From: Alphaproteobacteria bacterium
Lineage (GTDB): Bacteria > Pseudomonadota > Alphaproteobacteria > Micavibrionales > SZUA-601
Length of the DNA: 32,626 nucleotides
Direction of reading: 5' to 3'
Assembly: GCA_964231155.1 (NCBI GenBank)
Contig: CAXRKA010000033.1
Span: 1-32,626 of the forward strand
Numbering within the stretch: position 1 is the first letter of the stretch; the number at the start of each line of letters is the position of its first letter. Made by a program: the position numbers and the translations under genes. The notes under the pieces were generated by a model that was not told the origin of the DNA, searched no databases, and worked only from the letters and a program-made list of their open reading frames with translations. This document shows positions 24,384-32,626 of the stretch, piece after piece.

Positions 24384-26585
24384 TTAGGTCTTTTGATCTA
24401 AAAAATACCCATGATGCTTAAAGTAGTAATGACTCATATCACCATAATTATATTTTGAGTGACGTTTAAGATCGACCTGTGAAATAACAAAGCCACCGAC
24501 TTCGATATTGTCTTTATGCATCTGATTAAGACCTGAATGAACCACTTCACGCGGTGTTTTATTCCATTGAACCACATAAAGTGTTTGATCTGCGAGTTTA
24601 GCCACGACACGACTATCTGAAACGGCTAAACATGGTGGAGAATCTAGAATAATGTAATCATAGGAGTCCCTGAGTGAACTGATCAAAAGCTGCATATTAT
24701 CTGTTGATAAAATATCAGCATCACCCTTTTGCATTGGCTTAGAATAAATACGGTGAAGACCTGTTTCTTTATCAATAGAAATCAACTTTTCTGGAGCTGC
24801 TTTACCTCTCAAAACATCAATCAATGAAACAGCATTACTATCGCCAAAGAACTTATGAACATTCGGACGCCTTAAATCACAATCTACAAGCAAGGTCTTA
24901 TTTCCAGCAACAGCCAGTGAACGTGACAACCACACGGCAACGGTTGTTTTACCTTCACCTGGCATAGACGATGTCAAACTTAACACATGCCCTTGTGTTT
25001 TCTTATTAAGATTTTTAGGCCTATGCATCATGAGAGAGACACGCAATGCACGAATTGTTTCAGCAATCGATGAATATGGCTTATCAATAATATAATCCCC
25101 AATACGCTTAGGATCTTTTCTATCGACGATAGGGATCATTGTGAGTGTAGGAATATTATAAGCATCTTCCAGGTGGCGCGGCGTACGGTATGTATGGTCA
25201 AATTGCTCAAGGAAGAAGACCATAATCATTGAGAAAAATGCACCCGCAAAAGCAGAGATAATGAATATCGCTATTCTATTCGGGCTGGTTGGATATAAAG
25301 GACGCGCAGCATAAGAGATAATACGTGCATCTGCCCGCTCAATATCTTTTGTATGTTCAGACTCTTTTAGCCGTTTGAGATAGTTTTCATAAACCATACG
25401 GTCTGTGTTGGCCTGACGCTCTAGCTCTCTTAAGCGAATGGTTACAAAATTCTCACTTGATTTACGTTCTTCAAGATTAGAAACTTTACCCTGCAACTCA
25501 ATCACTCGATCTTTAGCGCTCTCAGCCTCTTTTTCTAAGCTGTCTGTAACAATCTTGATCTCTTTCTCTATTTTTTTCTCAATTTGTGAAATTTTTGCTT
25601 TAGCTTCTATTAATCTTGGATGTTTTTTACCATAACGCCCCTTCACTTCGGAGTAAGCTTCTTCAGCTTCACTTTGTTCCTTCTTCAAAAGATTAACAAG
25701 ATAATTATCAACCACCTTAGGCAGAGAACCTAAGTCTTTTTTTGCTGCAATAGCATGTCTTAACTGTTTTAAATCCGCCTCAACTTCAGTCAGATAAGAT
25801 TGCGCCTTAACATACTCTGTATTGATTTCAGACAACTGCTGTGAAGTGACTTCTGCCTTGTATCCATCAATCAAATTATTTTCTGTTCTGTAGATTTCTA
25901 CAGCTTCTGATGAAGCTCTTACTTTATCTGCCAAATCTTTGACCCGTTGTTCTAACCAAGACACCACGCGCTCTTTTGCTACAAACTTTGTTTGAATTTG
26001 ATTGTCAATATAAGTATCAGCAATGGTATTGGCTAAGGCTTGAGCCATATCTGGGTCTGTATGTTTGATTTTGATACGAATAACCAAAGATCTGCCAATT
26101 GGCGTAATAGTGAGCTTTGATAAAAGAATATCTTCAGCAACACGAATATTTTCTGGGGTCAACGGCATGTGTGTTTGTAATCTCTTTTCTTTGCCCAAAT
26201 CAGGATTAAACTCAGGCCTTTCATGGAGAGCCATATCTTCAATAACCTCACGAATAACACCACGTGAGCGTATGACCTCGACCTGACTGAGAACAATTTC
26301 ACTATCTGGGGCCAAACCAGAAACCACTTTCTCAAAATTGATAACACTTGAGCTTCTTGGTTCGACTAAAACTTTGGCTGAGGCCTCATATTGCGAAGGC
26401 ATGTTTTGGACAATCGCATAAGCCGATGTGATAAAAAGAGCCATAATCATAAAGATGATGTAGCGCTTACGCCAAAGCGTTGAGGCAATATCACGCATAT
26501 TGGTAATATCTGTTACTTCGGAACTACTAAGCGTTCTTGGTTTTCTGATTGATTTTGTGTCTTCTGTCATCTGCATCATATCCAT
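24384..26585 (-). CDS. polysaccharide co-polymerase / BY tyrosine autokinase (Wzc/ExoP/GumC-like)
   Basis: Two TM segments flank a long coiled-coil periplasmic domain. Walker A 'SSMPGEGKTTVAVWLS', Walker A' 'LLVDCDLRRP', Walker B 'YIILDSPP'. Tyr-rich C-terminus 'KYNYGDMSHYYFKHHGYF'. I place the start at ATG 26585, 1 nt after the Wza stop. Confidence 0.9.
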   Translation of the reverse strand: MDMMQMTEDTKSIRKPRTLSSSEVTDITNMRDIASTLWRKRYIIFMIMALFITSAYAIVQNMPSQYEASAKVLVEPRSSSVINFEKVVSGLAPDSEIVLSQVEVIRSRGVIREVIEDMALHERPEFNPDLGKEKRLQTHMPLTPENIRVAEDILLSKLTITPIGRSLVIRIKIKHTDPDMAQALANTIADTYIDNQIQTKFVAKERVVSWLEQRVKDLADKVRASSEAVEIYRTENNLIDGYKAEVTSQQLSEINTEYVKAQSYLTEVEADLKQLRHAIAAKKDLGSLPKVVDNYLVNLLKKEQSEAEEAYSEVKGRYGKKHPRLIEAKAKISQIEKKIEKEIKIVTDSLEKEAESAKDRVIELQGKVSNLEERKSSENFVTIRLRELERQANTDRMVYENYLKRLKESEHTKDIERADARIISYAARPLYPTSPNRIAIFIISAFAGAFFSMIMVFFLEQFDHTYRTPRHLEDAYNIPTLTMIPIVDRKDPKRIGDYIIDKPYSSIAETIRALRVSLMMHRPKNLNKKTQGHVLSLTSSMPGEGKTTVAVWLSRSLAVAGNKTLLVDCDLRRPNVHKFFGDSNAVSLIDVLRGKAAPEKLISIDKETGLHRIYSKPMQKGDADILSTDNMQLLISSLRDSYDYIILDSPPCLAVSDSRVVAKLADQTLYVVQWNKTPREVVHSGLNQMHKDNIEVGGFVISQVDLKRHSKYNYGDMSHYYFKHHGYFLDQKT

Positions 26586-26586
26586 A

Positions 26587-27183
26587 CTAAAATAGACGCT
26601 CTTCAATCTCAATAATATCGCCTGGAAGAACAAAACTATCAAGTTCAGCTGCATAGTTAATAATTTCAGGATCAACACCTTCTACATCAGTGACACGACG
26701 TTTAATAATAATAGAGTCACGATCAGCTCTATAGCTAAATCCACCACCCAAGGCAACAGCATTAAAGACAGTCATACCACTAACATAACTATAACTGCCA
26801 GGCTCTCGGATTTCACCAACAATATAAAATGGCCTGTAATCACTGATATCCAAAGATACCCTTGGGTGTTTGAGATAACCATTACGAAGTGCTTTAACGA
26901 TATTTGCCTCAACATCTTTAACATGTTTATCTTTGACATTAAGAAAACCAACAAGAGGAAAATTGATTTGCCCTTCACCATCAACACTGTACTTACCAGA
27001 GAGTTCATCCTCACCATAAACAACAATCTTCAATACATCACCTGAATCAAGTGTATAATTCACTGCAGAATGAGCCTGTTCTGGCAAAACAAAGAGGTTG
27101 TTTCTTGAACCAGAACACGCCGCCATTACCAGGGATAAAGCGCAAAAAATAATTAATTTATGTATTACACAAAATCGTTTCAT
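26587..27183 (-). CDS. polysaccharide export outer-membrane lipoprotein (Wza-like; Poly_export + SLBB)
   Basis: Lipobox 'LVMAA-C-SG'. 'YTLDSGDVLKIVVYGEDELSGKYSVDGEGQINFPLVGFLNV' matches the Poly_export pattern. Confidence 0.88.
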   Translation of the reverse strand: MKRFCVIHKLIIFCALSLVMAACSGSRNNLFVLPEQAHSAVNYTLDSGDVLKIVVYGEDELSGKYSVDGEGQINFPLVGFLNVKDKHVKDVEANIVKALRNGYLKHPRVSLDISDYRPFYIVGEIREPGSYSYVSGMTVFNAVALGGGFSYRADRDSIIIKRRVTDVEGVDPEIINYAAELDSFVLPGDIIEIEERLF

Positions 27184-27206
27184 TGTGATGTGTCAAATAC
27201 GAAGTG

Positions 27207-28532
27207 CTAGAATTGATATTTAAGACTTACTGTGAATAGACTACGTGTATAATCTAGCGCTTTGATGCTTGAGTCCCTCCTATCATATCTATATTCAAAT
27301 ATCATGCCAGTACTACGATTGAGTTTATAGTTCAACGCAAATCCTATGCCTGATATATCGTCATCCCTTGTAATTTGCTCATAACTATTGGTTTCATATT
27401 CAGAGAAAACTGAAAGCTTCATATTTCGTCTAAACTTATGTGCTAAGCGAATATAAGATTGCGTAGAAACAAAACCAGAGCTGCCTGTTGCTGCCGTTTC
27501 TTTTACAGAGCGATATAGACCCGCACTTACAGTTGTAATTGGTGAGATATTCCAATCGGCACTTGCTTCTATGGCTATACCATCAATACCGTCCAGTGAT
27601 GGATCGTCGTAGCTTTGTTCTAGATAACCAATGCCCAGGTCTGCACGGATAAGCGGTGTTGGATTAAAACGTGCGCCGGCCAATATGTTAAAACCACTGG
27701 AGTCACGCTTTACCCCCACATAATCAGCAGATGCAACAATGTAGTCTGGACGCTCATAATCAATGCGGTTGATTTCAGTCTTAACAAAGGCCTGATAATC
27801 TCTATTGATATCATACTGCAGACCAAGACGTGCATACCATTCATCCCTATCACGATCATTGTTGATCACCGTAGCCATTATCACACCGTCAGTATTAGAG
27901 AAGGAATAATGCTGCCATTCTATACCTGTTGTTATACCATACCGGCCTTTTTGATATGTGAGATCCAGAATAGTGTTATAATGCGTATAGCGAGTGGGTT
28001 CAGCAATAGACTCTAGACTGTCCTCTGAATTTCTATCCTTATGAGCTCTTGAATAGCTGGATTTAGCCCTTATATCAAAACCACGTGAGACTTCTTGGTT
28101 AAAATTTACAGAGACCATATTATTCGAATAATTCTCAGCTGTATTGTCTGCATAGATACCATTTCTTGATTTAACAAAAAGGTCTACAATCTGATCAGGT
28201 CTATTATAAGAGACGCGCAAAGTCGGCTCTATAACCGTAATAATATCACTTTCTTTTACGTTATCTGAGTAAAAGATATTATCGCTGAACTGTAGCTCTG
28301 TGGAAATATCTGGATAAAACTGCCATGCCCCAGCACGCATACTAAGACGCTCATATTCAAAAATCCTAGACTCATCAACGGTTTTTGTTTGTCTTGTTTC
28401 ACCTAGATGGTCTGTTTCAACTGTTTCTTGAGCCAATGCCATACCCGATACGGACACCAATTTATACAACAAAATCAAGGCAAAAGCAGCAACACGAAGC
28501 CTCACTGATGGTTTAGAAAACTTTTGAAACAC
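27207..28532 (-). CDS. outer-membrane beta-barrel protein associated with the polysaccharide locus
   Basis: Signal peptide '...VSGMALA-QE', alternating amphipathic strands rich in Y/G/D/N, and a terminal aromatic residue ('SLKYQF'). Confidence 0.65.
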   Translation of the reverse strand: MFQKFSKPSVRLRVAAFALILLYKLVSVSGMALAQETVETDHLGETRQTKTVDESRIFEYERLSMRAGAWQFYPDISTELQFSDNIFYSDNVKESDIITVIEPTLRVSYNRPDQIVDLFVKSRNGIYADNTAENYSNNMVSVNFNQEVSRGFDIRAKSSYSRAHKDRNSEDSLESIAEPTRYTHYNTILDLTYQKGRYGITTGIEWQHYSFSNTDGVIMATVINNDRDRDEWYARLGLQYDINRDYQAFVKTEINRIDYERPDYIVASADYVGVKRDSSGFNILAGARFNPTPLIRADLGIGYLEQSYDDPSLDGIDGIAIEASADWNISPITTVSAGLYRSVKETAATGSSGFVSTQSYIRLAHKFRRNMKLSVFSEYETNSYEQITRDDDISGIGFALNYKLNRSTGMIFEYRYDRRDSSIKALDYTRSLFTVSLKYQF

Positions 28533-29343
28533 TGAAATGCTCCTCTAAAGTTTTATGCTTATTCGCGTTTGAGACTTGAATAAATTGCCGCTCAACACCA
28601 TTAAGACGCAGAGCCGTAAAAACACCAGTGCTGCAAGGATTGGTATGCACCCCTATCCGATTATGGCTCTCAAAAGGCATTAAAGAGGCATTATGCCCAT
28701 GAACAACAATCTTTTTATACTTACGGCGCGAATATAAGAAAACATCACCGATGGAGATAAGGTCTTTGGGTGATTGACGCTCTAATGGCTGATCTGGTCT
28801 AACACCAGCATGAACAAAGAAATAATCACCAATGCTATGAGATAAGGATAGATTTTTAAGAAACTCAATGTGGTCATCCGGCATCACACGCATAAGGGTT
28901 TGGCGCAATTCAACCAAATCTTGTCCAGCACCCTTATCAAACTCCAAACCATAACTTTCGAGTGTTTCTTGGCCACCCTTTTTATACAACCAATCCATGG
29001 AAAACGAACGCCCCAAGGCGAAATTCATAAAATAGAGATCTTGATCACCCAAAAGGAATGTTTCCTTAATGCCCTTCAGTGGTGTTGAAACAAAGATATC
29101 AATCACATCTGCAGATGACGGTCCGTGCCCTACATAGTCCCCTAAGTAAACAATCTCAGTATCGTAAGCCAACATCCCATCTCTTTGCGTGCGCTCAAGA
29201 ATGTGTCTACGCATTGATGCCAAAGCATTAGCTTGACCATGAATATCAGGGATCACGTAAACAATACGCTGATCTGACACAGACGGCCTAGAATCGTGAA
29301 TCTGGCGAGAGCCAATGATTGGATCAATGCGGGACATACACAC
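28513..29343 (-). CDS. calcineurin-like metallophosphoesterase (PrpA/ApaH-like) with substituted catalytic motifs
   Basis: It aligns by eye to PPP-family motifs. 'VIPDIHG' corresponds to GDxHG, 'LGDYVGHGP' to GDxVDRG, 'LLGDQD' to GNHE, and 'FVHAGV' and 'VVHGHN' are also present. Confidence 0.7.
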   Translation of the reverse strand: MCMSRIDPIIGSRQIHDSRPSVSDQRIVYVIPDIHGQANALASMRRHILERTQRDGMLAYDTEIVYLGDYVGHGPSSADVIDIFVSTPLKGIKETFLLGDQDLYFMNFALGRSFSMDWLYKKGGQETLESYGLEFDKGAGQDLVELRQTLMRVMPDDHIEFLKNLSLSHSIGDYFFVHAGVRPDQPLERQSPKDLISIGDVFLYSRRKYKKIVVHGHNASLMPFESHNRIGVHTNPCSTGVFTALRLNGVERQFIQVSNANKHKTLEEHFSVSKVF

Positions 29344-29427
29344 ACCAAGAATATGGTTATTAAGGACAGAATAAAGATACCTGAGGCACGAATCGAATGC
29401 AATACCCTAAGAGTGGGCATTAAGGTC

Positions 29428-29441
29428 TTATTTATAAATAA
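29428..29441. promoter_or_regulatory. perfect 14-bp AT palindrome TTATTTATAAATAA upstream of the polysaccharide operon
   Basis: It is self-complementary by direct reading. It lies in the 116-nt gap between the lipoprotein stop (29460) and the first gene of the operon (29343). Confidence 0.25.
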
Positions 29442-29459
29442 AATTTAACAAAGGAGAGA

Positions 29460-30023
29460 TTAGCGATCTTCCATATACTCTTGCTGAGCAGATTGGCCAC
29501 TATGACGTGACCCAAATAACGGTGTCCGAGCAGACTTTCTTTCAGTCTTTTCATTACGCACACTGATCTCTTTTGTACGGCGGTAAACCTCTTTTGCTCT
29601 TCGGCTTTCATCAGGGTGAACATACTTCACACGACGCCAGCCTTTATAAAGCATACAGCCGTCAAAATCATGATAATCAGAGTGATCAACGCGAAGGTCG
29701 CCCAAGAACTCTGGTTCATCCCAGTAAGGCAAATCCTTTAAGGAGGCCATAATCTCATCCTGCTCAACATCAGACACTGGATCTAAGAAATATGGTATTT
29801 TCTCACGATCACCCGCAAGCTTAGCAAGCTCAATAATTTCGTGAACACATTCAGCTATATCTTGCTCGAGATGTTGTTGCGCTTTAGGGCCAGTGAGGTA
29901 AAGGCCATCAGCACTATCAACGCTTTGCCAATAATGCGTTCCCCCGGAAGGTCTAGAGCTACAAGCTGATAGCAATGAAAAACAGAGAATAGATAAAATA
30001 GAAATACGCAAAAGATGTTTCAT
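29460..30023 (-). CDS. lipoprotein of unknown function
   Basis: Signal peptide plus lipobox 'FSLLSA-C-SS'. No recognisable domain. Confidence 0.6.
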   Translation of the reverse strand: MKHLLRISILSILCFSLLSACSSRPSGGTHYWQSVDSADGLYLTGPKAQQHLEQDIAECVHEIIELAKLAGDREKIPYFLDPVSDVEQDEIMASLKDLPYWDEPEFLGDLRVDHSDYHDFDGCMLYKGWRRVKYVHPDESRRAKEVYRRTKEISVRNEKTERKSARTPLFGSRHSGQSAQQEYMEDR

Positions 30024-30125
30024 GGGTTTTATAAGCCTTATTATCCTTGATCAACTTTTATTATTTTTAATGGTTTCATGCCGCCGTTGCAAGATGATAG
30101 TCATGCATTTAAAGCTTCTTAAGAT

Positions 30126-31970
30126 TTATTCTTGCTTTGCCCACCATGTTTCTATGACAGGACCATAAAGTGAAACACGTTTAGGAAAATCAAGACCGGC
30201 CTTAAAAGCAATGTAATCTTTATCAGAGTAATAGAGCGGTATGCCAATATATTCATGCATAATCACACGGTCCAAAGCACGCGCAGCGGAGACGAGTTGT
30301 TCACGTGTTGTGACGGTTGTGAGCACCTGAATAATATCATCGATAGCAGTATTGCTCACACCTGAATAATTGAGGCCACCATTTGCAAGAGCGGCTTGAG
30401 ATCCCCAATATACCGCCTGCTCAGTACCTGGGGACAAAGAATTGCGCCAATAATGCATAATCATGCCATAATCATATTCCTGTAAACGACCTGCATATTG
30501 CGCACTATCCACAGTCCGCACCACCATATTGATCCCGAGCTTTTTTAAGGTCTGTTTGTAATAGAGAGCAATCTTTTCATTGGCTGGATTATCAAGAAGG
30601 ATTTCAAACTCAAATACCTTCCCCGTTTCACTATGGGTCAAAACCCCCTCTTTCAAAACCCAACCCGCCTCTTTAAGTAGCTGGCTGGCCTGACGCAATT
30701 GTTGACGTTGTACTTTAGGATCAGCGCTTTCTGGAAACTGGATTTGCCCCTCACTAAAGACATCCTCTGCCAAAACCCCTTTATGCCGTGACAAAATCTC
30801 TTGTTCGAATGAAAGCACATCGCTCTGATGAGCCAATTCGGAGTTTGCGAAGATGCTATTGAGGCGTTTATAGGCGTTATCAAAAAGTGTGGTGTTCACC
30901 CAGGAAAAGTCAAAAGCGAGAGTTAAAGCTTTGCGTACACGGCGATCTTGAAAGATTTCCTTGCGCATATTAAAGACCATAAAACGGGCCCACTGTGGGC
31001 GACGATTATCAAAAGCCGCCTTTAAGATACCCCCATTTTCTATGGCCTTAAAGTCATAATTCTTTTGCCATTGATGTGCTGTCCATTCACGTCTCATATC
31101 ATAAGCACCGCCAACAAATGCCTGAAATGCAACCGTATCATCACGATAATAATCATAAGTGATACGGTCAAAGTTATGGTGGCCACGATTACTTGGTAAA
31201 TTCCGTGCCCAATAATTAGCTCTACGCTTATAGACAATTTGTCGGCCAGGTTCAAAACTCTCAATTTCATATGGTCCAGAACCCAAAGGCTTTTCAAGTG
31301 TGGTTTTTGAGAAATCTTTGTCACTCCAATATTTCTGAGAGAGAATTGGCATCAAAGATAAAATTAGCACAGTTTCCTGATCGTATCCTTCGCCTAGGTG
31401 AAATGTTAAAGCCTGCGGAGAGTGCACAGTGATTTTATCCACCAATTTATAAATACGGCGTGCATTGGGGCGACCATGTTGTTTGAGCTGCTTGAATGAA
31501 TAAATGACATCACTTGTAGTGATGGGTGTTTTATCATGGAACTCAGCACTTTGATCCAAGAAAAACGTGATTGCTGAACGATCGGGCGCCACTCTCAACT
31601 TTTTTGCAATCAATGGATACATGGTAAACGGCTCATCCCAGCTGCGTCGCATCAATGAGTCAAAATAAGACACATGTGATAAACTCTGCGGCGGTTGACC
31701 CATAATCAAAAAAGGGTTGAGACTATCAAAACTCCCTAATGCCGCACGTTTGAGCTCTCCCCCCTTTGGCGTCTGTGGATTAGCATAGTCAAAGCTCTGA
31801 AAATCTAGGCCATGTTTAGGCTGACCATGCATAGCCAAAGCATGGGTTTCTAGCCAGTTATCCGGAATAGCCTCCATAGACGCATGTTCGATGACCACAT
31901 CACCAGCCAATGCCCATGAGGGACTAAAAAATAAGAATGAAATAATGAGACAATAAAGAATCCAGCGCAT
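30126..31970 (-). CDS. ABC transporter substrate-binding protein, family 5 (oligopeptide/YejA-like)
   Basis: 614 aa with a signal peptide. Length and sequence pattern ('GSGPYEIESFEPGRQIVYKRRANYW', 'FMVFNMRKEIFQDRRVRKAL') are typical of SBP_bac_5. No permease or ATPase genes are adjacent in the window. Confidence 0.8.
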   Translation of the reverse strand: MRWILYCLIISFLFFSPSWALAGDVVIEHASMEAIPDNWLETHALAMHGQPKHGLDFQSFDYANPQTPKGGELKRAALGSFDSLNPFLIMGQPPQSLSHVSYFDSLMRRSWDEPFTMYPLIAKKLRVAPDRSAITFFLDQSAEFHDKTPITTSDVIYSFKQLKQHGRPNARRIYKLVDKITVHSPQALTFHLGEGYDQETVLILSLMPILSQKYWSDKDFSKTTLEKPLGSGPYEIESFEPGRQIVYKRRANYWARNLPSNRGHHNFDRITYDYYRDDTVAFQAFVGGAYDMRREWTAHQWQKNYDFKAIENGGILKAAFDNRRPQWARFMVFNMRKEIFQDRRVRKALTLAFDFSWVNTTLFDNAYKRLNSIFANSELAHQSDVLSFEQEILSRHKGVLAEDVFSEGQIQFPESADPKVQRQQLRQASQLLKEAGWVLKEGVLTHSETGKVFEFEILLDNPANEKIALYYKQTLKKLGINMVVRTVDSAQYAGRLQEYDYGMIMHYWRNSLSPGTEQAVYWGSQAALANGGLNYSGVSNTAIDDIIQVLTTVTTREQLVSAARALDRVIMHEYIGIPLYYSDKDYIAFKAGLDFPKRVSLYGPVIETWWAKQE

Positions 31971-32626
31971 TATGCCGCCAAAAGTTCTTTCAATTGCATT
32001 TCAGGGCGCCCACCCAAATGGGTTATGACTTCAGCTGATGCTTTCACACCCAGAATACCGCACTCTCTTGGCCCCATACCATGTGTAAAGCCATACAAAA
32101 ACCCAGAGGCAAACAAATCACCTGCACCCGTTGTATCAACAACCTTCTGTACGGGCACAGCATCAACACGATAAGTACGGTGTTCATGCAGAACGGCTGC
32201 ACCATTTTCACCCAATGTGACCACGGCATACGGGCAATCCATTTTCAATCGATCAAAAGCTATTTAAAGATCATTGGACTTATAGAGCGCTAAAATTTCT
32301 TCTTCGTTTGAAAATAGCAAATCAACATGAGTGGCCACCAAATCAAGAAAAGCGTCTCTATGACGATCAACACAAAATAGATCAGATAATGTCAAAGCCA
32401 CAAGTGTTCCATTGTCTTTAGCAATCTTTGCACCCATCTCAAAAGCGGCTTTGGCAGATGGTTTATCAAACAGATACCCTTCAAGATATAAAACTTTAGA
32501 TTGAGCAATTATATCAGCATCAAGATTCTCTGCAGCAAACTCTGTAGAAACACCCAAGTGCGTACACATTGTTCTTTCGCCGTCTGGTGTAACCATAATA
32601 TGGCAGCGTGCTGTCACGCCATCACC
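31970..32626 (-). pseudogene. PfkB-family (adenosine-kinase-like) carbohydrate kinase gene with an in-frame TAA; 5' end outside the window
   Basis: PfkB signature 'VVDTTGAGDLFASGFLYG'. Track ORFs 32264..32617 and 31970..32248 are in the same frame and are separated only by TAA 32264-66 ('...ILALYKSNDL*IAFDRLKMDCPYAVVTLGENGA'). The frame is open to the window edge. Its stop overlaps the SBP start (TAATG). Confidence 0.75.

Noticed and set aside
15842-26347. Numerous 60-105-aa ORFs nested in or antisense to the polysaccharide-locus genes (e.g. 15842..16084, 16440..16715, 16824..17024, 17060..17299, 17496..17744, 17877..18110, 17961..18176, 18322..18528, 18949..19265, 19333..19533, 21275..21457, 22601..22867, 23635..23972, 25438..25635, 26065..26347, 26772..27026)
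   Set aside because: Each lies inside a longer ORF with clear family motifs. None has independent motif or SD support.
6281-32266. Idea that TAA is reassigned or read through globally, because three coding-like sequences continue across an in-frame TAA
   Set aside because: TAA clearly acts as a terminator at homolog-consistent positions in well-supported genes here, for example dps (13504-06), the SBP (30126-28) and the PfkB gene's own end. Isolated nonsense mutations or a duplication explain the three cases more simply.
28870-32293. Nested or antisense ORFs 28870..29088, 29432..29623, 30653..30883, 31094..31324, 32044..32229 and 32081..32293
   Set aside because: The reason is the same: they are embedded in well-supported genes (metallophosphoesterase, lipoprotein, SBP, PfkB).
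1-32626. CRISPR arrays, IS elements/transposases, integrases, prophage genes and rRNA
   Set aside because: I looked for regularly spaced direct repeats, terminal inverted repeats and DDE, tyrosine- or serine-recombinase-like ORFs on both strands and found none. The absence is by eye only and should be confirmed computationally.

Overview
Moderately AT-rich chromosomal segment with an alphaproteobacterial character, based on a DUF1217-type flagellar protein and an ExoP/Wzc-type polysaccharide locus. No organism can be named from sequence alone.

Layout, left to right:
- 1-4.7 kb: two tandem small acidic paralogs, a sodium:solute symporter, and a NIT+HAMP+PAS methyl-accepting chemotaxis protein.
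- 4.7-7.9 kb: a much more AT-rich ORFan islet abutting the 3' end of tRNA-Arg(ACG). It has no integrase, and its reading frames are broken at homopolymer tracts and by one in-frame TAA.
- 8.1-13.9 kb: a lipoprotein plus a PNPOx-like gene. Next comes a candidate sigma-54 promoter driving a 796-aa DUF1217/flagellin-like chimera coupled to an FkbM methyltransferase and a NUDIX hydrolase. A convergent dps follows.
- 14.0-15.7 kb: a tight array of 4-6 small acidic helical ORFan paralogs with a shared Thr/Pro C-terminal tail, plus one basic protein.
- 15.8-29.3 kb: a roughly 13.5-kb minus-strand, translationally coupled polysaccharide locus. In transcription order it encodes a variant metallophosphoesterase, an OM beta-barrel, Wza, a Wzc BY-kinase, the priming sugar transferase, a frameshifted Tmk-like P-loop protein, a sulfotransferase, a Wzy-like protein, GT4, an APH/ChoK-like kinase, GT4 and an acetyltransferase. 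No Wzx flippase was seen.
- 29.4-32.6 kb: a lipoprotein, a family-5 ABC solute-binding protein, and a PfkB (adenosine-kinase-like) gene carrying an in-frame TAA.

No CRISPR array, transposase, integrase or rRNA was seen.

Most interesting for follow-up: the small-protein array next to the modification-enzyme-rich polysaccharide locus, the decayed tRNA-linked ORFan islet, and the DUF1217/flagellin-like chimera.

All family calls come from motif recognition by eye. No database search was run.
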